Of a stretch of 64,000 nt of DNA, positions 21,213-30,953 are shown piece after piece; the stretch's first letter is position 1; the number at the start of each line of letters is the position of its first letter. Origin of the DNA: Candidatus Micrarchaeota archaeon (GTDB lineage: Archaea; Micrarchaeota; Micrarchaeia; Anstonellales; Anstonellaceae); contig JAOAKI010000001.1 in assembly GCA_026413765.1 (NCBI GenBank), positions 73,085 through 137,084 of the forward strand, written 5' to 3'. The position numbers and the translations under genes are program-made. The notes under the pieces are model-generated. The model was not told the DNA's origin. It searched no databases and worked only from the letters and a program-made list of their open reading frames with translations.

Positions 21213-21360
21213 AAACCAGCCAACTCTGCCTTACATCTCTTGTCGAATATACATTCGTCATGCATTTAATTTGGGCATGAGATTGTTGAACTGCTTAGTG
21301 CAATTTTATAACTATTTATGCTTACATATATAGGCTTTGCATTCGCATCAAGGTGGTCCT

Positions 21361-21843
21361 ATGGATGAAAAAATACTCAAAATTGTTGCAAGAAAGCTCA
21401 AACAATACGAAGGACAGCCGATTACGCAAGAAAAGCTGACAGAGATTCGGCAAGCAGTCTATTCTGCGACCAAGACAAACAAATTTGCTTCTTTTGCGAA
21501 TGTGAAAAAGTGGGTCAAGGCGGCACGGTCTATGCTAAAATCGCAGCAAAAGAAAGAGGCAAGTCCTCCTCAAAAGGCAAAAGAGCCCGAAAAATCAGGC
21601 AGCAGCGAGTTTGCAGATTTTGAGGTTCCGCGCAAAGTCGAAGAGACCGTCAATATGATAAAAGACGAGCTTGCGTCGCCTCCTAAAGAAGTTGCGCTTC
21701 CAAAGCCGCAAATCGTTTTTGACAAAGTCTATCTGCAAAGCATCAAGTTTGAGATAGCCAGCATCCGCCAGACAATGGAGCGCGTAAGCAGGCAGCTTGA
21801 CAAGCTTGAAAAAGAGCTCTCTAGCCACGCAAGCGAAGAATAA
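21361..21843 (+). CDS. Hypothetical protein with C-terminal coiled coil
   Basis: ATG after GGTGG SD with an upstream TTTATAA box; no recognisable motif. Confidence 0.65.
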   Translation: MDEKILKIVARKLKQYEGQPITQEKLTEIRQAVYSATKTNKFASFANVKKWVKAARSMLKSQQKKEASPPQKAKEPEKSGSSEFADFEVPRKVEETVNMIKDELASPPKEVALPKPQIVFDKVYLQSIKFEIASIRQTMERVSRQLDKLEKELSSHASEE

Positions 21844-21879
21844 TCGCGCTTTTATTTTTTTCACTCGTTTTTTAGTTTG

Positions 21880-22839
21880 ATGGGCGTCCTGGACAGCTTC
21901 GGATTGCAGATAGCTCTTGATGACTATGACGCAGAAGTCTGTTTTGTTTCGCATGCACACACCGATCATACGAAAGCATTCTCCAAAAACCGCAAAATCA
22001 TTGCTTCGGATGAGACGTTCTTGCTTTTGGGCAAGTCCCCCTCTTGCCATCCTCTTCCTCAAGGGACATCACTGCACCAAGCAGGGCACATGCTTGGCGC
22101 AGTCCAGCTGAGGGCAGAGCTTGATGGGCAAGTTTTCGTCTACACTGGCGACTTTTCATTGCACCAGGGGTACACCACCTTGCCTGCCAAGATTTTGGAA
22201 TGCGACACTTTGATGATAGATTCTACCTATGCCCTTCCTCACTTGCGGCTGCCAAGCCGCGCAGATACAATCCGCAAAATAGCAAAGTTTGTCAGGCAAA
22301 ATGAAAATAAGATCGTCTTGCTTGGCGCATACCTTCGCGGCAAGACCCAAGAGCTCATTCGCCTCCTCAATGAGGAATGCGGCATTGCACCGATCGTATC
22401 CAGCAAAGCGGACTATTTTTGCAAAGTCTACAGACAATCAGGTATAAAGCTTGACTGGATTGCCGCTGGCACTCCTGAAGCGCAAGAAGCGATGAAGTCT
22501 GCATTTGTTGCAATCGTTCCGCTTAGCCAGGCCAATTTTTCTTTCGGCGCCAAGCTTTCAGAGGCTTTTGGGCTTGAGGTCAAGACTGCGGTCGTCACCG
22601 GCTGGGCAGCCTTTCATCGTTTTCCAGCAGACGAAGGTTTCCCGCTTTCCGACCATGCAGATTTTCGAGACACAATGCGCTATATCCACGAATCAAACGC
22701 AAAGAAAGTCATATGCGCAAATGCGTCCGACAGAGAGGCGGCAGCTCATCTGCGAAGAATCGGGATAGATGCCGTCGCAAAATCATCGCTTTCTGGCAGC
22801 CACCAATGCAGCCTTCTGGAATGCATGCACAACAAATAA
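21880..22839 (+). CDS. Metallo-beta-lactamase/beta-CASP nuclease, SNM1/Artemis-like short form
   Basis: SHAHTDH, AGHMLG, YTGD, DSTY, LSDHADF. Confidence 0.85.
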   Translation: MGVLDSFGLQIALDDYDAEVCFVSHAHTDHTKAFSKNRKIIASDETFLLLGKSPSCHPLPQGTSLHQAGHMLGAVQLRAELDGQVFVYTGDFSLHQGYTTLPAKILECDTLMIDSTYALPHLRLPSRADTIRKIAKFVRQNENKIVLLGAYLRGKTQELIRLLNEECGIAPIVSSKADYFCKVYRQSGIKLDWIAAGTPEAQEAMKSAFVAIVPLSQANFSFGAKLSEAFGLEVKTAVVTGWAAFHRFPADEGFPLSDHADFRDTMRYIHESNAKKVICANASDREAAAHLRRIGIDAVAKSSLSGSHQCSLLECMHNK

Positions 22840-22885
22840 GCAGCCATTTAAATCTTATTTCAAAAATTTCAAATGGGCTGGTTTT

Positions 22886-23191
22886 ATGCCATCTGCAAAA
22901 AAAGACGATATGCTTGGCGAAATCAAAGGAAGAATACCTCTCTACTCCAATGGGATAGACAATGCTGGCCAAATTATCCTGTGCGAAAGCGGCATCATAC
23001 TGGAAGCGGAAGGCAACACTCTGAAGGTGCCGTTCCGATATATTACTATGCTTGAAAAAAGCGGGGAGCTGCCACTTGGCAAAGTCAGCGTAGAAATCGA
23101 GGTTTTCGATCCTGCTGGCAACAAATACTATTACCAGTTTGGAATGGCTGACACACATTTCCTCATGCTCAAGCGTGCATGCTCCAAATAA
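22886..23191 (+). CDS. Small hypothetical protein, possibly PH-like fold
   Basis: About 101-aa beta-rich ORF (GQIILCESGIILE...KVPFRYI). The fold is a guess. Confidence 0.55.
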   Translation: MPSAKKDDMLGEIKGRIPLYSNGIDNAGQIILCESGIILEAEGNTLKVPFRYITMLEKSGELPLGKVSVEIEVFDPAGNKYYYQFGMADTHFLMLKRACSK

Positions 23192-23230
23192 AGCTTTTAA
23201 GCACTGCAGCCTAAAGGCCTGTTGGTTTAT

Positions 23231-23740
23231 ATGGGCTCGCAAAAAGGCCAAGCCATGATGGAATATCTGGTTAGTTATGGCTGGGCGCTTCTTGCGCTTT
23301 TGCTTGTTCTGGCGGTTCTTGTTTCTTCCGGCATTTTTTCTCCCTCCAGCTTTACTTCCCAAGAATGCGTCTTCCAGCCGGGCTTGCCTTGCAACTCATT
23401 CATTCTCTACAAGGACAGCTCTTCAGGCCAGACTTACTTGAAATTCAGTCTCTCTAACGGCCTTGGCTTCCCCATCAATATAACCGAGGTCAACTACACT
23501 GTGATAGATATTGGAGTCCAAGGCAGAAGAGAAGTTGTTGGCAACATTCCTGTCCCAAGCGCAATCCAGCCAGGCGCATCTACGAATTTTTCCCAGAACT
23601 TTTCTGGGCCTTTTCAGCCTCAGCCAAAATCGTTCCGCACTGTTTTTGTCCACCTGTCTTATTTGAATTGCAAAAATGCGGCTTGCAGCGGCCCATATGA
23701 AGTGTCAGGAAAGATAAGCTCGCTTGTGGAAGGCGGCTGA
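23231..23740 (+). CDS. Archaeal type IV pilin-like protein (class III signal peptide)
   Basis: QKG/QAMMEYLVSYGWALLALLLVLAVL, near-identical N-terminus to the pilin at 2127. Confidence 0.85.
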   Translation: MGSQKGQAMMEYLVSYGWALLALLLVLAVLVSSGIFSPSSFTSQECVFQPGLPCNSFILYKDSSSGQTYLKFSLSNGLGFPINITEVNYTVIDIGVQGRREVVGNIPVPSAIQPGASTNFSQNFSGPFQPQPKSFRTVFVHLSYLNCKNAACSGPYEVSGKISSLVEGG

Positions 23741-23827
23741 TCAGCATACTTTTAAATCCTAATGCTGTATTTTTTTTACGGCATAAACCTCAAAGGCGAC
23801 CAAATTTGCCGCCGGAAAGGCAAGTCT

Positions 23828-26800
23828 ATGGTTTACATAAAGGCTTTGAAGTTCAGAGGGTTCAAGTCTTTCCGCCGCGCCGAGGCTTCTTTTCCAAAAG
23901 GGTTTGTCTGCCTTGCAGGTCCGAACGGAAGCGGCAAGAGCAACATTACTGATGGCATAAGGTTTGCGTTGGGGGAAAGCAGCCTGAAAGCCTTGAGGGC
24001 AAAGAGAGTTTCCGACTTGATCAATTCCTCTTGCAGTTTTGGAGAGGTTGTTCTCTATATAGATGGCGAAAAACAGTATGAAGTCAAAAGAGCAATCAAA
24101 GTGGACGGGAAAGACGTCAAGACGCTATACAAAATAAATGGTCGGCGCTCCACAAGGACGCTTGTGCTGGAAGAGCTTCGCCAATACGGTCTTGAAAGCG
24201 GCTCTCACAATATCATTGCGCAAGGGCAAGTTGAGCGCATAGTTGAGATGTCCTCTAAGGAGAGGAGGCAAATCATTGACAACATCGCAGGCATTTCTGA
24301 ATACGATGCAAAAAAAGAAGAAGCGCTTTCAGAGCTTGCGCGCGTTGACGCAAAAATAAATGAGGCGAACCTGGTCTTGGGTGAGCGGCAGATTGCGCTT
24401 TCTGAGCTGGAGCGCCAAAAAGCAGAAGCGCTTGCTTTCCTTGAGGCTCAGGAAAATTTCAAGAAAGCCAAAGCATCTCTCATTTCTTCAGAATATTCCA
24501 AGCTTAATCGCCAGCATTCCGAGATAGTCCAAAGATATTCCGAGCTTTCAAGCCAAGCAAGCGAGCTTGGGCACCAGGTTTCAGTCCTCTCCTCCAGGCT
24601 AGAAGAGCTGAATGGTCAAAAAAAGGCAATCGCAGAAAAGATTGCTGCCTCCGCCTCGCGCGAAGCAACTATTCAAGACATCTCCCTTCTGAAAGAAAAA
24701 ATAGGCTCACTTTCCGCAACTCATTCTGCACAGCAAAAAGACCTCCAACGGCTGCAAGCTGAGCTGAAAGAAATCTCTGCTGAGATTAGCCAGGCAAGAA
24801 AGACGCAAGATGAAATAGCTGCTTCGATAAAAAAGCTGAACGAAAGCTTATTGGGCATCAAGTCTATGCTAAGCCAAGCTGAATCGAAAGATTCCGGCAG
24901 CGAAAACAATGCCAAAAGAATCGCACAGCAAATTGAATCCTTGTCTTTGCAAATCATATCGCTTAAGGAGCAAAAAGCGGCTGCAGAGGCGGCAAAAGCA
25001 AGCGCAGAAAAAATATTGCGCATAAAGAGGCAGGAAAAAGAACGCATATCTGCCGCGCTAGGCTCATTTTCGGAGCACAAGCTCTCCGGAGAAGCTGAGC
25101 TTTACAAAAAAGAGATTTTGGCACTGCAGCAGAAGTTGGACAGCCTTTTTGAGTCTGAAAGAGAGATCAACAGAAAGCTCCCCGAAGTTGAAAAGCAGCT
25201 TTTTGCGGCAAAAGACAAGGCTGCAAATTTGCGCGCTTCGATTTCGCCTGCGCAAAGCGGGCTTGCCCTCAAAACGGTTGAGGAGCTGAAGCCGAAAATC
25301 AAAGGTATTTTTGGCCAAGTCTCCTCTCTCATTTCATGCGACCAGAAGTTCATGCTTGCGCTTGAAGCAGCTGCTGGGCAGAGGTTGTCCTATGTAGTTG
25401 TGGACAATTCTTCCACTGCAATAAAGGTGATCGAAAAGCTCAAAGAGACTAAGGCAGGCAGGTGCACATTCATTCCTCTTGACATTCCGGTGCGCCAGCA
25501 GGATGATGCACCAAAAATGGCAGGCTTCCTTGGCAGACTCATTGATTTTGTGAAGTACGACAGGCTATTTGAGCCTGCGATGAACTATGTTTTTGGGGAC
25601 ACGCTGCTTTTTGACAATGCGGAGAACGCAAAAAAAGGCGGCTATGGGAAATACAGAATGGTCACTTTGGATGGAGAGCTGTTTGAGAAGTCTGGGGCTA
25701 TTACTGGCGGATTCTTGCGGACTTCGCTTCTCTCCAAAGCGGCGCTTGATAAGGCAGAAGCAGAAGCAGAGGAGCTCAAAAAGCAAAAGGATGACCTTTT
25801 TGCGCAGCTTTACAGCATAAGAGAAGAGATGAGCCTGCTAAGAAAGCAAAAGGCAGAGGCGGAAGTCAAGCTGAAAGGAATAGAACTCGAGCTTAAATCT
25901 GCGCAAGAAAAGCAAGCAAGCAAAAAAGCTCTGTCTGATGCGCTTGCGCAAATCGATGCCGAAATTCAGTCTGCAGAAAAAGAGATAGCTAATGCATCCT
26001 CTTTAGTGCAGTCGTTAGAACAAAAGCTTACGCAAGCAATCAGCCAGTTTGAGCTGCTCAAAAGGCAGCTGGACGAAGAAAACGAGAAGATCAAGAAATC
26101 AAATCTGGACGCAAACGTGCGGCTCCAGCAGCTGCATGCAGAGCGGTCAAGGCTCGAGGCGCAGCTCCAAGCCAAAAACGAAGAGCTGGAAAAGACGACA
26201 TCTTCGCTTTCTCTTCTTGTTTCCAAGAAAGAAACAATCCAAGCCCAGCTTTCCGAATGCAAAAAGACCATCTCAGATCTGCAGGCCCAAATTGACGAAA
26301 ACAGCAAACTCCTGAAAGAAAAAGAAGCAAAACTTTCTGAGCTGAGCGCAACCAACAGCAAGCTCATGTCAAAGCTTAAAGAAATTGAAGACCAAGCAGC
26401 GGAAGTTGCTCAGCAGGCAGGCAAGCTGAAGGCGGAGCTTGACCGGTGCTCAAAAGAAATGATGGAGACGGAAATCCGCAGGCAAACAATAGAGACTCGC
26501 CTTGCTGACCTAAAAGCTTCGCTTGAAGAATTTTCTGGAATTCAGATAATCGATGCGTCGAAGCAAGAGCTTGAGGAGCTGATGAAAAAAAGCGAGGCAA
26601 TAATGAATTCTCTTTCTTCAGTGAACCTCAAAGCGCCACAGCAGTATGAGCAAAAGAAAGCAGAGATAGACGAGATCAAGTCGAGAGTCGAGTCGTTAGA
26701 CGCAGAAAAAAAGGCTGTCTTTCATATGATCGACGAGATAGAGGCAAAGAAGCGGTCGATATTTCTCTCTACTTTTTCTTCAATCAACAGCAACTTCAAA

Positions 26801-27229
26801 AAACTGTTTTCCTACATTTTCAAAGGCGAAGGGACTCTTCTTCTGGAAAACACCTCAAACCCATTCGAGTCAGGCCTATTCATCAAGGTCAAGGAAGGCG
26901 GGCACGAAAAATACCTCGATTCAATGTCTGGAGGTGAAAAATCGCTGCTTGCGCTTCTTTTCATATTCTCCATCCAGATGTATAAGGCGGCCCCATTCTA
27001 CATTCTTGATGAGGCGGATGCTGCTTTGGATAAAGAAAATTCAAGGAAACTTGCCGAATTGTTGCGCCAGCTTTCCTCAACTACCCAATTTATCGTTGTT
27101 ACGCACAATGACACGCTCCTTTCCTATGCCGATGTGGTGCTCGGAGTTACGCGAACCGATGAGGGCTCAAAAATCGTTGGCGTTCAGCTCACCTCTTCTG
27201 CATCAGTTGCTCACGCCAAAAAAGCCTAA
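23828..27229 (+). CDS. smc: Chromosome segregation protein SMC
   Basis: GFKSF, Walker A GPNGSGKS, hinge GRCTFIPL/VFGDT/VTLDGE, MSGGEKS, ILDEADAALD, VTH. Confidence 0.97.
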   Translation: MVYIKALKFRGFKSFRRAEASFPKGFVCLAGPNGSGKSNITDGIRFALGESSLKALRAKRVSDLINSSCSFGEVVLYIDGEKQYEVKRAIKVDGKDVKTLYKINGRRSTRTLVLEELRQYGLESGSHNIIAQGQVERIVEMSSKERRQIIDNIAGISEYDAKKEEALSELARVDAKINEANLVLGERQIALSELERQKAEALAFLEAQENFKKAKASLISSEYSKLNRQHSEIVQRYSELSSQASELGHQVSVLSSRLEELNGQKKAIAEKIAASASREATIQDISLLKEKIGSLSATHSAQQKDLQRLQAELKEISAEISQARKTQDEIAASIKKLNESLLGIKSMLSQAESKDSGSENNAKRIAQQIESLSLQIISLKEQKAAAEAAKASAEKILRIKRQEKERISAALGSFSEHKLSGEAELYKKEILALQQKLDSLFESEREINRKLPEVEKQLFAAKDKAANLRASISPAQSGLALKTVEELKPKIKGIFGQVSSLISCDQKFMLALEAAAGQRLSYVVVDNSSTAIKVIEKLKETKAGRCTFIPLDIPVRQQDDAPKMAGFLGRLIDFVKYDRLFEPAMNYVFGDTLLFDNAENAKKGGYGKYRMVTLDGELFEKSGAITGGFLRTSLLSKAALDKAEAEAEELKKQKDDLFAQLYSIREEMSLLRKQKAEAEVKLKGIELELKSAQEKQASKKALSDALAQIDAEIQSAEKEIANASSLVQSLEQKLTQAISQFELLKRQLDEENEKIKKSNLDANVRLQQLHAERSRLEAQLQAKNEELEKTTSSLSLLVSKKETIQAQLSECKKTISDLQAQIDENSKLLKEKEAKLSELSATNSKLMSKLKEIEDQAAEVAQQAGKLKAELDRCSKEMMETEIRRQTIETRLADLKASLEEFSGIQIIDASKQELEELMKKSEAIMNSLSSVNLKAPQQYEQKKAEIDEIKSRVESLDAEKKAVFHMIDEIEAKKRSIFLSTFSSINSNFKKLFSYIFKGEGTLLLENTSNPFESGLFIKVKEGGHEKYLDSMSGGEKSLLALLFIFSIQMYKAAPFYILDEADAALDKENSRKLAELLRQLSSTTQFIVVTHNDTLLSYADVVLGVTRTDEGSKIVGVQLTSSASVAHAKKA

Positions 27230-28320
27230 TTTGAAGTGCGATTTCCGAATTGCATTATTTCATACGGCATGTAGCCGTCGCTGTAAATCCTGATCGTCCC
27301 ATCAACATCGGTCCGCCACACCTTTATTTTTTTCATCAAAAGCCTTTCTATGGTGGTTGGGGAGGGCAATCCGCTCATTTCTTTCCCAACCGAAATTATC
27401 GCATGCTCAGGCGGATACCTCTCAACCAGCAGCGAAGGCAACGGCCGCCCTTCGCCATGCTTGAAATATGTGATGACAGGGCACCCAAGCTCACTGTCTG
27501 CTCCCATCAGGATGCTTTCGATATCCTGCACAGTTGGGTGCAACAAAAGCATGCAGAAGTTGTTGAATGACAGCTTGAGCACGATCGCATCAACATCTGG
27601 GTTGCCTTTGAATCTTGTTGCTTGTGGATTGAGGACTTTGATCTCCATGCCACTAACCACGATGCTGTCCCCTGCCTGCGGGCGCTTGATTGCAATGCCC
27701 ATGTCCTTTGCTTTCTCAATAATTTCTGCATATCTGTCTTCTTCTGCTGTCAATGAGACCAAGTTTCTGCCTGGAGTAGCGTTATTTTCCCAAATCTCAC
27801 CTACTTCTATTCTTTCCAATACTTCTGCAGCACCATTTATCGCTTCTGGCGCATTCCTCGTTATGACCAAGACATTCAGGTTCTTAATTTGCATTTTCTC
27901 AAGAAAGCTCAATATTTTTTCAGCATTTCCCGCATCCACAAGCATGTAGAAGTTGCCTTTTATGACCAAAACAGCATCGCCTTCACCTGCGTCTATCACA
28001 TAGATATTCAAAGGCGCGCCAGGCATGTCATAGATTCGGAATTGGCCATCTGCTATTCTGTCTGAGATATTTCTTGGGATAAACGAAGCAAAAGGATCTG
28101 GCGGCAATTCGACAGGTCTGCTAGCAGCGGAAGTCTTATTCTTTTTCACAACTGTTTCGGCAACCGTCTGGTTTTCCTGTGAAGCATTTTCCTGCCTTGG
28201 TGGGGCTTGCTTTTCTACTTCTGCAGCAGGAGCCTCCTGGACCGCTTTTTTTTGTTCCCAGGGCATGCTACATCCTAAAAGGATAATTAAGATTGCCAAA
28301 AGCACTAAAGCTGAGCGCAT
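27226..28320 (-). CDS. ComEC/Rec2-like metallo-beta-lactamase-fold lipoprotein with a degenerate metal site
   Basis: LLGC lipobox and ComEC C-terminal features IDAGEGDAVL, LVDAG, VWRTDVDGTI. HxHxDH is replaced by ITRNAPEAING. Confidence 0.75.
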   Translation of the reverse strand: MRSALVLLAILIILLGCSMPWEQKKAVQEAPAAEVEKQAPPRQENASQENQTVAETVVKKNKTSAASRPVELPPDPFASFIPRNISDRIADGQFRIYDMPGAPLNIYVIDAGEGDAVLVIKGNFYMLVDAGNAEKILSFLEKMQIKNLNVLVITRNAPEAINGAAEVLERIEVGEIWENNATPGRNLVSLTAEEDRYAEIIEKAKDMGIAIKRPQAGDSIVVSGMEIKVLNPQATRFKGNPDVDAIVLKLSFNNFCMLLLHPTVQDIESILMGADSELGCPVITYFKHGEGRPLPSLLVERYPPEHAIISVGKEMSGLPSPTTIERLLMKKIKVWRTDVDGTIRIYSDGYMPYEIMQFGNRTSN

Positions 28321-28355
28321 GTATAACTTTCTTCATGTTTCTTTTAATAACTTTT

Positions 28356-29708
28356 TCACAGAACCCCGAAATACCTTTTCTTTTCCCATTCGGTCACTTG
28401 CGCCTTATATTCATCCCAGTCTTTCTTTTGTATTTTCATCAAGTATTGCGTCACGTGCGGCCCCATTGCATCAACTAGAACGCTGTCGGCTGCGAACTCC
28501 TCGCTTGCCTGCGCAAGCGAGCCTGGCAAGGTGCCTATCCCAAGACTTTTCCTTTTTTCATCCTCGTAGCCGTATACTTTTTCTTCGACCGGAGCGGGCG
28601 GCTGCAATCTGCGTTTGATTCCGTCAAGCCCAGCCGCAAGCATTGCTGCAAATGCAAGATATGGGTTGCATGAAGGGTCTGGGAATCTGCATTCAATCCT
28701 TGCCCCCTTCTCCTTTCCTTTCAAATTCCTTGGTATTCGGATAAGAGCAGATCGGTTTATCCTGCCCCAACAGATATAGACTGGCGCTTCATAGCCAGGG
28801 ACAAGTCTTTTGTAAGAATTAATCGTTGGGTTGGTTATCGCAGTCAGTGCCCTTGCATGCTCGATTATTCCGCCTATGAAGTTCATTGCTATTTTTGAAA
28901 GGCCATATTCGTTTGTCCCATCGAAGAATGCGTTTTCACCGCCCTTCCATAAAGACTGATGCACATGCATGCCCGAGCCATTTATCCCATAGACAGGCTT
29001 TGGCATGAATGATGCAAAGAGGCCATATTTTTTTGCCAAACTCTTTACTGCGGTTTTGTATGTCATCACCGAGTCGGCAATTTCAAGTGCGCCGCCGTAT
29101 TTGAATCCTATTTCATGCTGGCCCTGCGCTACTTCATGGTGGGACCTTTCAATTATCATCCCCATTTTTTCCAACGCAGGCACAATCTCTTGCTTCAATG
29201 CGAATGCCTCGTCTCTTGTGGCCAAATCAAAATAGCCCGCATTGTCATGCACTTGCATCATTTGAGGGTCATTCTGTCCGTTTGAGCTTTTGAAAAGGAA
29301 GAATTCCAGCTCTGGCCCAACTTTGTATTCAAACCCCATCTGGGCAGCAATGCCAAGCTGCCTTTTGAGGACTCTCCTTGGATCCCCTTCGAAAGGGGTT
29401 TTTTCGTCAAGATAAACATCGCAGATCATCCGCGCAGTTTTGTTTGGGCCCCAAGGGATTATTGCCCATGTTTTAGCGTCTGGGACAAGAAACATGTCGG
29501 ATTCAGCAATCCTTGCGAACCCTTCGATTGACGAGCCATCGAACCATATCCCCTCTTTAAGCACATCTTCAAGCCGATTTACAGTTATCTCGCACATCTT
29601 TGGTGTCCCCAAGATGTCCACAAACTCCAAATCCACGAATTTGACCTCATTTTTTTTCGCATCAGAAAGGATTCGGTCTATCTCTTCTTTTTTTATGTCT
29701 GATAACAT
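28356..29708 (-). CDS. glnA: Glutamine synthetase type I
   Basis: FDGSSIEGF, GPELEFFLF, HHEVAQGQHEI, FMPKP..GINGSGMH, RLVPGYEAP, RFPDPSCNPY. Confidence 0.98.
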   Translation of the reverse strand: MLSDIKKEEIDRILSDAKKNEVKFVDLEFVDILGTPKMCEITVNRLEDVLKEGIWFDGSSIEGFARIAESDMFLVPDAKTWAIIPWGPNKTARMICDVYLDEKTPFEGDPRRVLKRQLGIAAQMGFEYKVGPELEFFLFKSSNGQNDPQMMQVHDNAGYFDLATRDEAFALKQEIVPALEKMGMIIERSHHEVAQGQHEIGFKYGGALEIADSVMTYKTAVKSLAKKYGLFASFMPKPVYGINGSGMHVHQSLWKGGENAFFDGTNEYGLSKIAMNFIGGIIEHARALTAITNPTINSYKRLVPGYEAPVYICWGRINRSALIRIPRNLKGKEKGARIECRFPDPSCNPYLAFAAMLAAGLDGIKRRLQPPAPVEEKVYGYEDEKRKSLGIGTLPGSLAQASEEFAADSVLVDAMGPHVTQYLMKIQKKDWDEYKAQVTEWEKKRYFGVL

Positions 29709-29849
29709 GTTTTCACCCTTGGCGCAAATAGCAGTATATGTCATATATATATTTTTTCAGAATTTTAATAGACAAAAATATGATATATTTTTTAAACTAT
29801 TTATTCAAATATCTATTAATTTGTTCTCTCATATATAAAAGGTGTACAA
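29709..29849. promoter_or_regulatory. AT-rich divergent promoter region for glnA and the Lrp gene
   Basis: TATA-like elements on both strands; inverted pair TTAATAGA (~29765) / TCTATTAA (~29812). Confidence 0.6.
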
Positions 29850-30296
29850 ATGTTGGACAAAATCGACATGGAAATCCTTTCCATCCTCAAGAAAAACTCT
29901 CGGCTTTCTTACCGCCAAATAGCAAAGCAATTGCACCTTCATCCGACAACAGTCATAATGCGGGTGTCCAAACTGGAGCGCTTGGGCATCATCAGAGGAT
30001 ATGGGGCATATCTTGACCTATCCAAGCTTGGCTATGAGTTTATGGGGGTGGTCCAGGTCAAAATTGCAAAAGGCAAGCTTGTGGAAACCCAGGAGAAAAT
30101 AGCCAAGATGCAAGGGGTTGTCGCAGTCTACGACGTGACAGGCGAATACGACAGCGTAGTTTTAATTGCTGCAAAGACGAGGGAGTCGTTCTCGCGTCTG
30201 ATCAAGTCATTCTTGCACCTGCCTTTTGTTGAGCATACAAATACGCAGGTAATCCTTACAGTGGTAAAGCCAAGCTGGGCTTTTGAGCCAGTCTAA
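29850..30296 (+). CDS. Lrp/AsnC family transcriptional regulator
   Basis: LDKIDMEILSIL..NSRLSYRQIA...RVSKLERLGII HTH; VYDVTGEYD RAM domain. Confidence 0.95.
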   Translation: MLDKIDMEILSILKKNSRLSYRQIAKQLHLHPTTVIMRVSKLERLGIIRGYGAYLDLSKLGYEFMGVVQVKIAKGKLVETQEKIAKMQGVVAVYDVTGEYDSVVLIAAKTRESFSRLIKSFLHLPFVEHTNTQVILTVVKPSWAFEPV

Positions 30297-30898
30297 TCAG
30301 GTGAGCTTCTTTTTCTCAGCTGCATTTTAGCCATAACAAGCTCGCTTCTTGCCTGCTCTGTCTGCAGCCGCACGACGTCCTGCTTCTTTTTGAAATTTGG
30401 CAAAAGCGAATTGGAGAAGCGGACAGTCTGCAGCTGCTCGTGTATCTCGCTCATCAGAGAAAAATAGCGTTCAGCTTCTGGCAGATTTCCTGCTTTGAGC
30501 ATCTCAAGCATTTGCCGCCGCAGCTCCCCCACTAAGTCGCAAAGGCCAAGCAGATAAGGCTCAAACGGCATGTCAAGCTCGCGCCAGCCAGGCAAAGGGT
30601 TGTTTTCCACTGCGGCAAGCAATAGTTTTGCCTCGGCTATCTCCTGGTAAGGCTGCAAAAGCAGGTATTCGAATTTTTTTGTGTGGGAGAATTTTTTTAC
30701 CATCTCCTCTGCCTTCTTTATCTCTGCCTTGGCCTTTTTTGCATCCAAAGCATGGAGAAGCCTTATTGCATTTGCGCAATGCCTGACAATCTGCCTCACA
30801 GATGCCAATATTTTGTCTTGCTCTTTTTCTTGCTTGCTTAGCTCCTCTACAATCAGGCGTATGCTTTCTGAAGGTTCCTTTCTTGCCACTATTTTCAC
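30293..30898 (-). CDS. Translin family protein
   Basis: YQEIAEA, YLLGLCDLVGELRR and FKKKQD translin motifs. Confidence 0.88.
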   Translation of the reverse strand: MKIVARKEPSESIRLIVEELSKQEKEQDKILASVRQIVRHCANAIRLLHALDAKKAKAEIKKAEEMVKKFSHTKKFEYLLLQPYQEIAEAKLLLAAVENNPLPGWRELDMPFEPYLLGLCDLVGELRRQMLEMLKAGNLPEAERYFSLMSEIHEQLQTVRFSNSLLPNFKKKQDVVRLQTEQARSELVMAKMQLRKRSSPD

Positions 30899-30953
30899 CT
30901 CTAATATTGCAGATGAATAGAGGCTTTAAAAATATGGGCGCCGAACCAAATCT

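Noticed and set aside
23828-27229. Inteins in SMC (and in RtcB at 61805-63232)
   Set aside because: Both proteins have normal length and contiguous motifs, with no intein splice signatures.
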